Shown here: positions 55,201 to 61,889 of the stretch, piece after piece
Numbering within the stretch: position 1 is the stretch's first letter
Layout: each line of letters begins with the position of its first letter
DNA from: Terriglobia bacterium
Lineage (GTDB): Bacteria > Acidobacteriota > Vicinamibacteria > Vicinamibacterales > CAVVIG01
Direction: 5' to 3'
Assembly: GCA_020073005.1 (NCBI GenBank)
Contig: JAIQFX010000047.1
Location: forward strand, 4,080 to 68,079
DNA length: 64,000 nucleotides
The notes under the pieces: generated by a model
Told to the model about the DNA's origin: nothing
What the model saw: the letters and a program-made list of their open reading frames with translations, nothing else
The model's database searches: none
Program-made: the position numbers and the translations under genes

Positions 55201-56663
55201 TGGTACGTCAACGGATCGCCGTCCACGTCGCTGGAGGCGCTGCCGTCGAGCGTCACGGTCGTGCCGACGAACACGGTTTGATCGGGGCCGGCGTTCGCCA
55301 CCGGCGCCGAGTTCACCGTGCTGATGCTCACCGTATCCGGCGCGCTGTCGACGGTGCCGTCGTTGACCACGAGCTGCGCGACGTACGTTCCCGGCCGATC
55401 GACGACGAAGGTGGGCGAGACCGACGACGGATTCGACAGCGCAGCGGCGCTGCCGGCCGGCCGCGACGAGAACGACCAGTGGAACGTCAGCGGATCGCCG
55501 TCGGCATCGTGCGAGCGGCTGCCGTCGAGCGTCACCGTCGCGCCGACGACCGTGGTCTGATCCGGCCCGGCATCGGCGACCGGCGCCGAATTCAGCGTGC
55601 TGACGTTGACGGAGTCCGGCGCGCTGTCGACCGTGCCGTCGTTCACGATCAGCTGCACGACGTAGAGGCCCACGCGATCGACGACGAAGCTCGGGGAGAC
55701 GGCCGTCGGATCCGACAGCACCGCGACGCTGCCGGCCGGCCGCGACGTGAACGACCAGTGGAACGTCAGCGGATCGCCGTCGACGTCGCTCGAATGGTGG
55801 CCGTCGAGCGTGACCGTCGCGCCGACTGATGTGGTTTGATCCGGCCCCGCGTCGGCGACCGGCGGCGAATTCTGCGTCGTCACGCTCACGCGATCGGGCG
55901 CGCTCGTCAGCGATCCGTCGCTCACGACCAGCTCGAACTCGTACGTGCCCGGTTTGTCCACGACGAACGTCGGCCGCACCGCGTGCGGGTCGGAGAGCGC
56001 CGCCAGACTGCCCGCGGGCGTGCCGACGATGCTCCACTGGTACGCGAGCGCGTCGCCGTCCGGATCGCTCGAGCGGCTGCCGTCGAGCGTGACCGTCTGC
56101 CCCACGCGCGCGGTTTGATCGGGGCCGGCGTTTGCCGTCGGCGGGTGGTTGACCGCGACGCCGCCGAGGATCTGCAGCGTGATGCCGCTGCCCGGCTGGC
56201 TGCGCAGCTCGACGCTCAGCGTGTTGCCCGCGGCGAGCCTCACCGTCTTCTCGATGACGCCGGCCTGCTGGCTGAATTCCTGCGGCGCCACGGTCACGAC
56301 GCCGTTGAGCGTGATGACCGCGCTCGACACGCGCGCGTACTGGCCCGCCGCGCCGCCGTTGTCGATGCGCAGCGTGAACGTTCCGGCGCTCGCCATGAAC
56401 GTGTCGGTGACCGTCACGGGCGCGCCGGTCTTGCGCACGTAGTCTTTCCCGAACACGGCCGCCGCGGCCGGAGGCGGCACGGCCATGTAGTCCAGATGTC
56501 GCGACGCGGCGACGTCGGCGGGAGGCGTGTGCGCGTCAGCGCGCGTGAGCTCGCCGAACAGCGACAGCTGCATCAGCAGGCTCAGCACGAGAAGCCGTGC
56601 GAGGTGACGACCCGTGGCGGTCTTGACGAACCACGGAATATGGCGCGTGCGGGAATGACTCAC
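49293..56663 (-). CDS. RHS/YD-repeat polymorphic toxin, 2456 aa: signal peptide, beta-sandwich, 6 PKD-like repeats, PASTA, 2 Big_2, YD-repeat shell, RHS core, 159-aa variable C-terminal domain.
   Basis: Dozens of YD repeats are present, e.g. 'YTYDANGDLSSFVDALGNTTRYLYN'. The core end is 'GLYYLRARYYQPTTGRFTAQDP...YLYAGCDPVNKSDPSGR'. The N-terminus is MSHSRTRHIPWFVKTATGRHLARLLVLSLLMQLSLFG. PKD-like repeats carry 'PVADAGPDQT..VG..VTLDGS.S.D.DGD.LT..W'. Confidence 0.95.
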   Translation of the reverse strand: MSHSRTRHIPWFVKTATGRHLARLLVLSLLMQLSLFGELTRADAHTPPADVAASRHLDYMAVPPPAAAAVFGKDYVRKTGAPVTVTDTFMASAGTFTLRIDNGGAAGQYARVSSAVITLNGVVTVAPQEFSQQAGVIEKTVRLAAGNTLSVELRSQPGSGITLQILGGVAVNHPPTANAGPDQTARVGQTVTLDGSRSSDPDGDALAYQWSIVGTPAGSLAALSDPHAVRPTFVVDKPGTYEFELVVSDGSLTSAPDRVSVTTQNSPPVADAGPDQTTSVGATVTLDGHHSSDVDGDPLTFHWSFTSRPAGSVAVLSDPTAVSPSFVVDRVGLYVVQLIVNDGTVDSAPDSVNVSTLNSAPVADAGPDQTTVVGATVTLDGSRSHDADGDPLTFHWSFSSRPAGSAAALSNPSSVSPTFVVDRPGTYVAQLVVNDGTVDSAPDTVSISTVNSAPVANAGPDQTVFVGTTVTLDGSASSDVDGDPLTYHWALTSRPAGSAAALSNPSAVMPTFQVDVPGAYVAQLIVNDGALDSAPDSVTVSTMNSPPVADAGPDQTVLVGAMVTLDGTRSHDADGDALTFHWALTSRPAGSAATLSNPSSASPTFVVDRPGAYVAQLIVNDGTVDSAPDTVTISTTNSKPVANAGPDRTVSVGDLVTLDGSGSSDADFDPLTFRWSITAAPAGSTAALSDPAAVQPTFTPDIAGTYVFQLIVNDGLVDSDPDTVAVTANAVVHNVIVPDVTGTTQADAQAALIAAQLVLGVVTTENNNTVPAGEVIRQSPAAGSSVPTGSAVDIVISLGPGVPVLTSISVTPANQTIPRGATLQFAATGIFSDSHTEDLTPEAIWESTNAPVASITASGLATGLDAGPTIIRATARGITGSTTLTIAPQALASIVVTPANPIAVAGDSVTFKATGVFSDGTSQDLAGAVTWASSDGTVATINAAGVAVTAGPGPTSVSATKDGIVGSTTLTVQARVNDGAPPIVAITAPVSGAMVTQLVSVTGSVSDANLSRYILDYAPAGSSTFTTFATGTNTVANGVLGSFDPTLLLNDQYTIRLTAIDRGNLTSSTTISVQVARDEKIGTFTLKFTDVNVPVAGLPIQVTRTYDSRNKRQGDFGIGWSLDVQTLRVNANRVQGTAWQQTVSGGFFPNYCLQGTDQHKVTVTLPDGKIGEFDLVPQPQCQLLTPIDFGTISYSARPGTLGTLVPLDATDTFFDGGVGPGDLLDTNTFDPIDPQVFQYTTIEGRVYIISKTGGVQKVTDPNGNTLTFGPNGIVHSSGASILFARDGQGRVTQITEPNGSVLHYTYDANGDLSSFVDALGNTTRYLYNLSHGLLEIRDPLGRRPVRNEYDDSGRLIAHVDAEGHRIEYTHDLNTRQDVVEDRNGFVTVYQYDTQGNVVSITDPLGATTSYTYDARQNRLSMTDPLGHTTTHTYNASNNKTSETDALGHTTSYTYNASGRLLTTVDANGHVTTNTYDARGNLLTTTDPAGGVTSHTYDASGNELSMTDPVGGVTHYVYDAFGRQISRTDPAGLTTTDAYDANGNKTSETDPRGGVTLFAYDADNRLISITDPAGGVTSKQYDAAGQVIAEIDPLGSTTSHTYDSAGRLIQTTLPDTTTIQYTYDAEGNRLTTTDQQGRVTRLAYDARKKVTQTTFPDGATMAYVYDAASRRVAITDGLGNTTTKTYDAAGRETAAVDPAGHTTASAYDAVGNLISRTDPNGRTTLYVYDADNRAVRTTLPGGESSNSTYDAAGRKTTEADAGGRVTSYVYDGDGRLVKVTDALGGVTLFAYDGGGNRTRVTDANGHQSTFTFDPAGRMTSRTLPNGATDQYTYDAGGRLTRHTDALGRNTQYTRDVRGQLTKKTYADSSIVGFTYTPAGRRASATDARGTTMYAYDARDRITSLIYPDGQPITYSYDANGDELGITSLAGTIAYAYDTAGRLTTVTDPAGRDTSYTYDASGSRTSVLLPSGATTTYNYDGDSRLTALSHAGPIGNVLAAYAYSLGPAGNRTSVAEVPGGPRQYTYDALYRLTNEQANDLSSNPLFTNAFVYDAVGNRVTKTSTIGAGAPSTTNYTYDIADRLTSEDGVSDTWDANGNLLTRTDSGNTTQYEYDFENRLIRMTAPGGAVTEYSYDVDGNRVEKRDAGATVRYLVDTNRSLAQVLAEYTPAGTLLTSYVYANDLISMTRGGQTLFYHADGGGSTRLLTTLAGAVSDTYDYDAFGNLLSHTGPTDTPFLFNGQQYDATLGLYYLRARYYQPTTGRFTAQDPSDGNPLTPITLHKYLYAGCDPVNKSDPSGRFFCVSTPAWGRYIHDEIGRDFLAGGGDRLSNSTINTILGVPVPGGGLRPDLTDRGTQEVYEIKPVLGASLGAVQLAGYLTVLNTFDPQGRSWMGGFSYLPPVHIAIEPGVEALVFPPAGGLILYCAIDWRLLFLMVAAALTISLLETFVVPSPALAFAF
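54477..56150 (-). repeat. Six tandem ~279-bp coding repeats (93-aa PKD-like modules) inside the RHS gene.
   Basis: Residues ~172-729 form 6 consecutive 93-aa units. Units 3 and 5 are about 85% identical at the protein level by eye. Confidence 0.9.
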
Positions 56664-56689
56664 TGTCGCCTCCGCTATCTACAAGAAAT

Positions 56690-57450
56690 GTGAAGGGACC
56701 AGGTGAGGAGCGGCGGGATCCTAGCACGCACCCGCGCGGCCGGCGGCGGGCCGTTCACGCAAATTTTGTGCGACGTCCGCCGGGAGCGGGCCTCTAAAGC
56801 GACACGAGCGGTTTCTCCCAGCCACGGGTTGAAGGCACAGACGACAAACAGCGCATAGAAGCTGCCATAGGGGACCTGTGCAAGCCGGAAGTACGCGTCG
56901 AGCAGCCCAGCGTGAACCCGATGAATCGACTTGCCGGATTGATCTCGTTGCGCGGAAACAGCGGCGGGCCGTTCTGCGTCGTCACGACGAGATCCACGCT
57001 GCCGTTGTTGTCGTAGTCGATCAGGCCCGGTGACGACATCATCGTCGCCGCGGTGAACGCGTAGTCCTTCCTGAGCGCCTCGTAGTACGCGTTGATCTGA
57101 TCCCTGGTGCCGATGCGGCGGACACGTCCTCGAAGGTCTGGCCGGTGTTGTGGAGCAGCCGGCTGCAGCCCATTCCCGTGAGATACACGTCCGGCCTGCC
57201 GTCGTTGTCGTCATCGAAGAAGACCGCGGACGTCACGGCGGCGTGAGCGTCATTGTCGGCAATGCGCCAGGCGCCCCCTGCCTCGGTGAAGCCGGCGCCG
57301 GCCTGGTTCATATAAAGGTGGTTCTTCTCGCCGTTGCGCGCGGCCGGCAGCAGCAGATCCATCCAGCCGCGTCCAGCGGCTGTCGCGCAGCCTCGCGAGC
57401 CAGACCACGGCGCCGATGCTGTCACGCGGCCAGTGATAGACTTTCGCGGA
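56690..57450 (-). pseudogene. Decayed, 5'-truncated remnant of an FG-GAP/VCBS repeat protein of the CRTAC1 / ASPIC-UnbV type.
   Basis: Homology is spread over three minus frames. The first is 'WMDLLLPAARNGEKNHLYMNQAGAGFTEAGG...AVFFDDDNDGRPDVYLTGMGCSRLLHNTGQTFEDVS'. The second is 'AATMMSSPGLIDYDNNGSVDLVVTTQNGPPLFPRNEINP'. The third is 'PYGSFYALF..NPWLGETARVALEAR'. There is no intact start, and the remnant abuts the divergent nucleoside hydrolase start. Confidence 0.75.
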
Positions 57451-57451
57451 C

Positions 57452-58486
57452 ATGAGATCTGCGCGCGTTCTGCTGTGCGCCGCCGGCTGTTTCATGCTCA
57501 TGACGACTGCGCGCGCGCAGCCCGCGGCGGATCACCACATCATCTTCGACACGGACTTCGCGCTCCCGCCGCAGGACGACGGCCTCGCGCTCGCATTCGC
57601 CCTCAACTCGCCGGAGCTGGACATCGTCGGAATCACGACGGTCGCGGGCAACTACAACGTCGCGCGCGCGAACGCGGACGTCCTGCGCATGCTCGAGATC
57701 GCGAAGCGCGAGGACGTGAAGGTCTACGGCGGCGCGAAACGTCCGCTCGCGCACGAGAAGGACGCGTTCGCGGCGTCGCATTACGGAAAATGGTGGTCGG
57801 ACGATCCGGCGCCGGCGCCGCCGGGCGGGTTCGCGAAGAAGACGCTGGAGCCGACGGCCGCCGCCGATTTCATGGTCCGGACGGTGATGGCGCGGCCGGG
57901 GCAGATCGAAATCCTCGCGATCGGCCCGCTGACCAACGTCGCGACCGCGATTCGTCGGCAGCCGGCGTTCGCGCAGTCGGTGAAGCGCATCATTATTATG
58001 GGCGGCGCGCTGGCGTCGCTTCCTGACGGCGGCGGCAACATCACGCCCAACGCCGAGTTCAACTTCTGGGTGGATCCCGAAGCCGCGCGCCTCGTGCTGC
58101 GGTCCGGCATTCCGATCGTCCTGTCGCCGCTGAACGTCTCGATGCGAACGTCGTTCGACGAGAACTCGTTCCAGGCGCTGGCGGCGTCCGGCACGCCGAT
58201 CGTGAAGCTGATCGCCGCGCAGATGCGCCCGCGCTATGCGGGCAACCCGGACTTCCACCCGCACATGTACGACGAAGTCGCCGCGGCGAGTCTGGTCGAT
58301 CCCACGCTCGTCAAGACGAAGCGGATGATCGTCGACGTGGACGTCACGCACGGGATCGACTACGGCGTGTCGGTCGGCGGCGCGGAGGCGTGGCCCGGCG
58401 CGGAAGGCGCGCGGACGGTTGACGTGCAGTACGACATCGACAACGCGCGGTTCATGCGCCTGTTCGTCGATCGCGTGAAACGATGA
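57452..58486 (+). CDS. Nucleoside hydrolase (IUNH family) with a signal peptide.
   Basis: MRSARVLLCAAGCFMLMTTARAQ, the N-terminal Asp cluster 'IIFDTDFALPPQDDGLAL', 'GITTVAGN' and 'GPLTNVA' are present. Confidence 0.85.
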   Translation: MRSARVLLCAAGCFMLMTTARAQPAADHHIIFDTDFALPPQDDGLALAFALNSPELDIVGITTVAGNYNVARANADVLRMLEIAKREDVKVYGGAKRPLAHEKDAFAASHYGKWWSDDPAPAPPGGFAKKTLEPTAAADFMVRTVMARPGQIEILAIGPLTNVATAIRRQPAFAQSVKRIIIMGGALASLPDGGGNITPNAEFNFWVDPEAARLVLRSGIPIVLSPLNVSMRTSFDENSFQALAASGTPIVKLIAAQMRPRYAGNPDFHPHMYDEVAAASLVDPTLVKTKRMIVDVDVTHGIDYGVSVGGAEAWPGAEGARTVDVQYDIDNARFMRLFVDRVKR

Positions 58487-59415
58487 AGAAGCCGGCCGAG
58501 ATCGTCGTCATCGGGAGCTGCAACGTCGATCTGACGACGTTCACCAGCCGCTTTCCGAATCCCGGCGAAACGATGTTCGGCAGCCGTTTCGACCTCGGGT
58601 TCGGCGGCAAGGGCGCGAACCAGGCGGTCGCGGCGAAGCGCTGCGGCGCCGACGTGGCGATGGTCGCGCGCGTCGGCAACGATCTGTTCGGCGAAGCGAC
58701 GGTCAGGAATTTCGCGGCGCTCGGCATCGACGCGACGCACGTCCGTGTGCTGAGGGACGTGTCGAGCGGCGTCGCGCCGATCTTCGTCGACGCCAACGGC
58801 GAGAACCGGATCATCGTCGTCAAGGGCGCCAACGATCGGCTGATGCCGCGCGACATCGACGATGCGGCGCCGCTGCTCGAGACGGCCGACTGCGTCGTGT
58901 TGCAGTTCGAGGTGCCGCTCGAGACGGTGGCGTACACGGTCCGCGTCGCGCACGCGCGCGGCGTCCGCGTCATCGTCAACCCGGCGCCGGCCGCGCCGAT
59001 GGACCTCGATCTGCTGAGCGGCGTGGACTACTTCATTCCCAACGAGACCGAGGCGGAGGCGCTCACCGGGATGCCGGTGCGCACCGACCGCGAAGCGGAG
59101 CAGTGCGCGCGGTCGCTGATCGAGCGCGGCATCGATCGCGTGATCATCACGCTCGGCCAGCGCGGCGCGATGATCGCGTCGGAGGACGAGGGCGCGGTGC
59201 TCGTGCCGGCGTTCAAGGTCGAAGCGAAGGACACGACGGGCGCGGGCGACGCGTTCATCGGCAGCTTCGCGACGTTTCTCGTCGAGGGATGCGAGGAGCG
59301 CGAAGCCGTCCGCCGCGCGAACCTCTACGCCGGGCTGTCGACCACGGCGGTCGGGACGCAGAAGTCGTTCTGGAACCGCGCTGACTTCGAACGCGAGTGG
59401 ACGAAGCGCGCCTAG
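58483..59415 (+). CDS. rbsK: Ribokinase.
   Basis: 'GGKGANQAVAA', 'NETE' and the anion hole 'DTTGAGDAFIGSFA' are present. The ATG overlaps the hydrolase stop (ATGA). Confidence 0.9.
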   Translation: MKKPAEIVVIGSCNVDLTTFTSRFPNPGETMFGSRFDLGFGGKGANQAVAAKRCGADVAMVARVGNDLFGEATVRNFAALGIDATHVRVLRDVSSGVAPIFVDANGENRIIVVKGANDRLMPRDIDDAAPLLETADCVVLQFEVPLETVAYTVRVAHARGVRVIVNPAPAAPMDLDLLSGVDYFIPNETEAEALTGMPVRTDREAEQCARSLIERGIDRVIITLGQRGAMIASEDEGAVLVPAFKVEAKDTTGAGDAFIGSFATFLVEGCEEREAVRRANLYAGLSTTAVGTQKSFWNRADFEREWTKRA

Positions 59416-60035
59416 GGCTTGCTGCCCACGTCCATCGTCGACGTGAAGCCGTTGGTGCCGGAGTGGCTGAACGGATGATCCGCGGCGGTGTGCGTGTGCG
59501 TGACTGACCTGTACTGCGTGTAGTCCTGATAGGCCGGGTTCGGCAGGTTGAGGATCTTCACCGACTTGCCGTCGAATCCCCGCATCACTTCCATGTCGAC
59601 AGACGACTCGGGGCCGGAGAAGCGGACGCGCTGCTCGGTGAGGTCCATCGTGATCGGCGCCTTCGTGAACGACAGCATCCCGCGATGGAAGCCCGCGAAC
59701 GCGATCGGCAGCAGCGCCTCGACCGCCTTCATCTGCTGATCGCTCACCTTGTCCGTCACGTAGATCTTCGACCAGCTGCCCATCGTGAACGTGACGAGAA
59801 ACGACACGCCGCTCACGTCCGTGTGCTCGTAGTGCCCGGACTTGATGGCAATCAGACGGTTGCCCTCGCACGGATTGACGTTCGGCTTGCCGCCGAAATT
59901 GCACGGGCACGAGATCGTGCAGCTGCAGCTCTCGGCGACCGTCGCCGTGATGTGCCAGTTGGGATCGGCCGCGCGCGACGGCACGCTCAGCGCGACCAGA
60001 CCGATGGCGATGCCGGCAAGAAGCGTGCGCATCAC
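59412..60035 (-). CDS. DUF1326 domain-containing protein, secreted.
   Basis: A signal peptide, then the 'ESCSCTISCPCNFGG' Cys cluster typical of DUF1326. Confidence 0.75.
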   Translation of the reverse strand: MMRTLLAGIAIGLVALSVPSRAADPNWHITATVAESCSCTISCPCNFGGKPNVNPCEGNRLIAIKSGHYEHTDVSGVSFLVTFTMGSWSKIYVTDKVSDQQMKAVEALLPIAFAGFHRGMLSFTKAPITMDLTEQRVRFSGPESSVDMEVMRGFDGKSVKILNLPNPAYQDYTQYRSVTHTHTAADHPFSHSGTNGFTSTMDVGSKP

Positions 60036-60108
60036 TGAGTCCTCCTGAAGACGCGCACAAGAATGCCTCGTCGCGCCGCAAAACGCAATGCGCGCGCCGG
60101 AGGACGAG

Positions 60109-60561
60109 TCAGTGCACGTACGCTTCGACCGATCGCTTCAGGTCGATGAGATCGTGCGTGAGCACGTCCCGCACTTTGTTCGCGATGGCCCAGCTGATCG
60201 GCGTCAGCAGTCCAGGCGGGAGCCCCGACGTTTCGAGCGTGAACGACAGGGTCACCCTGGTGCCGCCTCCTGACGGCTCGAACGTGAAGACGGTTTCGAC
60301 GCCCACGCCGCCTTTGTGGTGCGTAATCGTGTAGGTCCGATTCCTCTCGAATGCGGTGACTTCCATCTCGGCGCTGTCGAGGCGTCCGAGCACTTCACGC
60401 GTTTCGCGCCAGCGGGTGCCGAGCTCGAACCGGCCCGGCGTCAGCATCTCGATCTTCTTGATGCCGCCGACGTGCGCCGACGCGTGCTCGATGTCCGTGA
60501 AGAGTCCGAAGACGTGCTCGACCGGTGCCGTGATGTGGCTGGACACGGTGACGGTCGTCAT
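60109..60561 (-). CDS. SRPBCC family protein (polyketide cyclase/dehydrase-like START fold).
   Basis: MTTVTVSSHITAPVEHVFGLFTDIEH... is about 150 aa with the 'W...........G......E' START-like pattern. Confidence 0.7.
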   Translation of the reverse strand: MTTVTVSSHITAPVEHVFGLFTDIEHASAHVGGIKKIEMLTPGRFELGTRWRETREVLGRLDSAEMEVTAFERNRTYTITHHKGGVGVETVFTFEPSGGGTRVTLSFTLETSGLPPGLLTPISWAIANKVRDVLTHDLIDLKRSVEAYVH

Positions 60562-60733
60562 AAATCCTCCGGTCGCGGTCCGTTCAGACCGCGCCACTCA
60601 TGTGAAAGAGCAAAGGGAGTACCGCGGGAAAGGTCATCAGGGGCGCCAGATCGTGATTTCACGTGCGAAAAGCCGGTGCTTTTGGCGCCGGTAACCCGTC
60701 AGCCGGCAACGCTTTCGGCTACGATCGACGCCG

Positions 60734-61845
60734 ATGATCGGCATCGGTGTCTCGAAGTGGGAGCTCGACACGCCCGCGCTGTGCGTGGATCTCGACAAGC
60801 TGGATCAGAACCTCACGACGATGAAGGCGAAGCTCGCGTCGACGGGGGTGGCGACGCGGCCGCACGCGAAGACGCACAAGTGCCCGGCGATCGCCAAGCT
60901 GCAGCTCGCGTCGGGCTCGATCGGGATCTGCGCCGCGAAGGTCAGCGAAGCCGAAGCGCTCTTCGCGGGCGGCGTCGACAAGATCCTGATGACCACCAGC
61001 AACGTGACGGCGAACAAGATTCGCCGCGCGATGAAGATCCGCGAAGCGAACACGAGCTTCATCCAGGCGGTCGACTACGCGCCGAACGCGCGCGATCTCA
61101 ACGACGCGGCCAAAGAGGCGGGGATCGCCGCCGACGTCGTGATCGACGTTGCCGTCGGCACGCGCAGCGGCGTGCCCGCCGGACGGCAGGCGCTCGAGCT
61201 TGCGCAGCTCGTCGACCAACTGCCGAACCTGACACTGCGCGGGATGATCAGCTACGACGGCGGCGCGCAGCACATCAAGGGATTCAAGACGCGGCTCGAG
61301 CGGTCGCTGAAGAATTACGAACCGTCGGTGCAGACCTTCGAGATGATGAAGAAGGCCGGGCTGAACACCGAGATCTTCAGCGGCGGCGGCACCGGCACTA
61401 CAACATCATGACGAAGGTGCCCGGCTTCACCGATCTCCAGGTCGGCAGCTACGTCTTCATGGACGCGCAGTATCTGGAAATCGGCGGCGAGAGCAACGAC
61501 GAGCTGTACACGGATTTCGTGCCGTCGCTGACGGTGATGACGACGGTGCTGAACACGTACTTCCCGGGCCGCCTGACGACCGACGCGGGCGCGAAGGCGC
61601 TGACGTTGAACAAGCCGGACGCGATCGTGATTGGCGAGAAGGGCTTCTCGTACAACGCCGGCTCGGACGAGTTCGGCGCCATCAGATACGAGACGGCCAA
61701 CAAGACCTACAAAGTGGGCGACAAGCTCGAGCTCATCGTCCCGCACTGCGACCCGGCCGTGAACGAGTACGACCAGATCTACGGCACGCGAAAAGACACG
61801 GTCGAGGTGGTGTGGCCTATCTCCGCCCGGGGCCACTCGCAGTAA
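60734..61845 (+). pseudogene. D-threonine aldolase / DSD1-type PLP enzyme (alanine racemase N-terminal fold) interrupted by a 1-nt frameshift near 61399.
   Basis: Frame A (60734..61411) has the PLP Lys motif 'RPHAKTHK' and ends '...FSGGGTGTTTS*'. Frame B continues 'YNIMTKVPGFTDLQVGSYVFMDAQY...PHCDPAVNEYD' to 61845. The family consensus 'SGGGTGTY' is restored by adding one base. Confidence 0.8.
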
Positions 61846-61889
61846 CTGACTTGACCTTCTCGCCTGCATCGCCTTAACTGAAGAGCCCT

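Noticed and set aside
49464-55829. Several long plus-strand ORFs (49464..50960, 51141..53633, 54417..55829, 55836..56693) opposite the RHS gene, plus the out-of-frame minus ORF 54424..56037.
   Set aside because: All are Arg/Val/Asp-rich mirror frames of the RHS coding sequence. Their apparent internal repeats merely reflect the PKD and YD repeats of the real gene.
57250-57501. 83-aa minus ORF overlapping the nucleoside hydrolase start.
   Set aside because: It is Arg-rich with no motif. It overlaps the hydrolase signal-peptide coding region and the pseudogene remnant.
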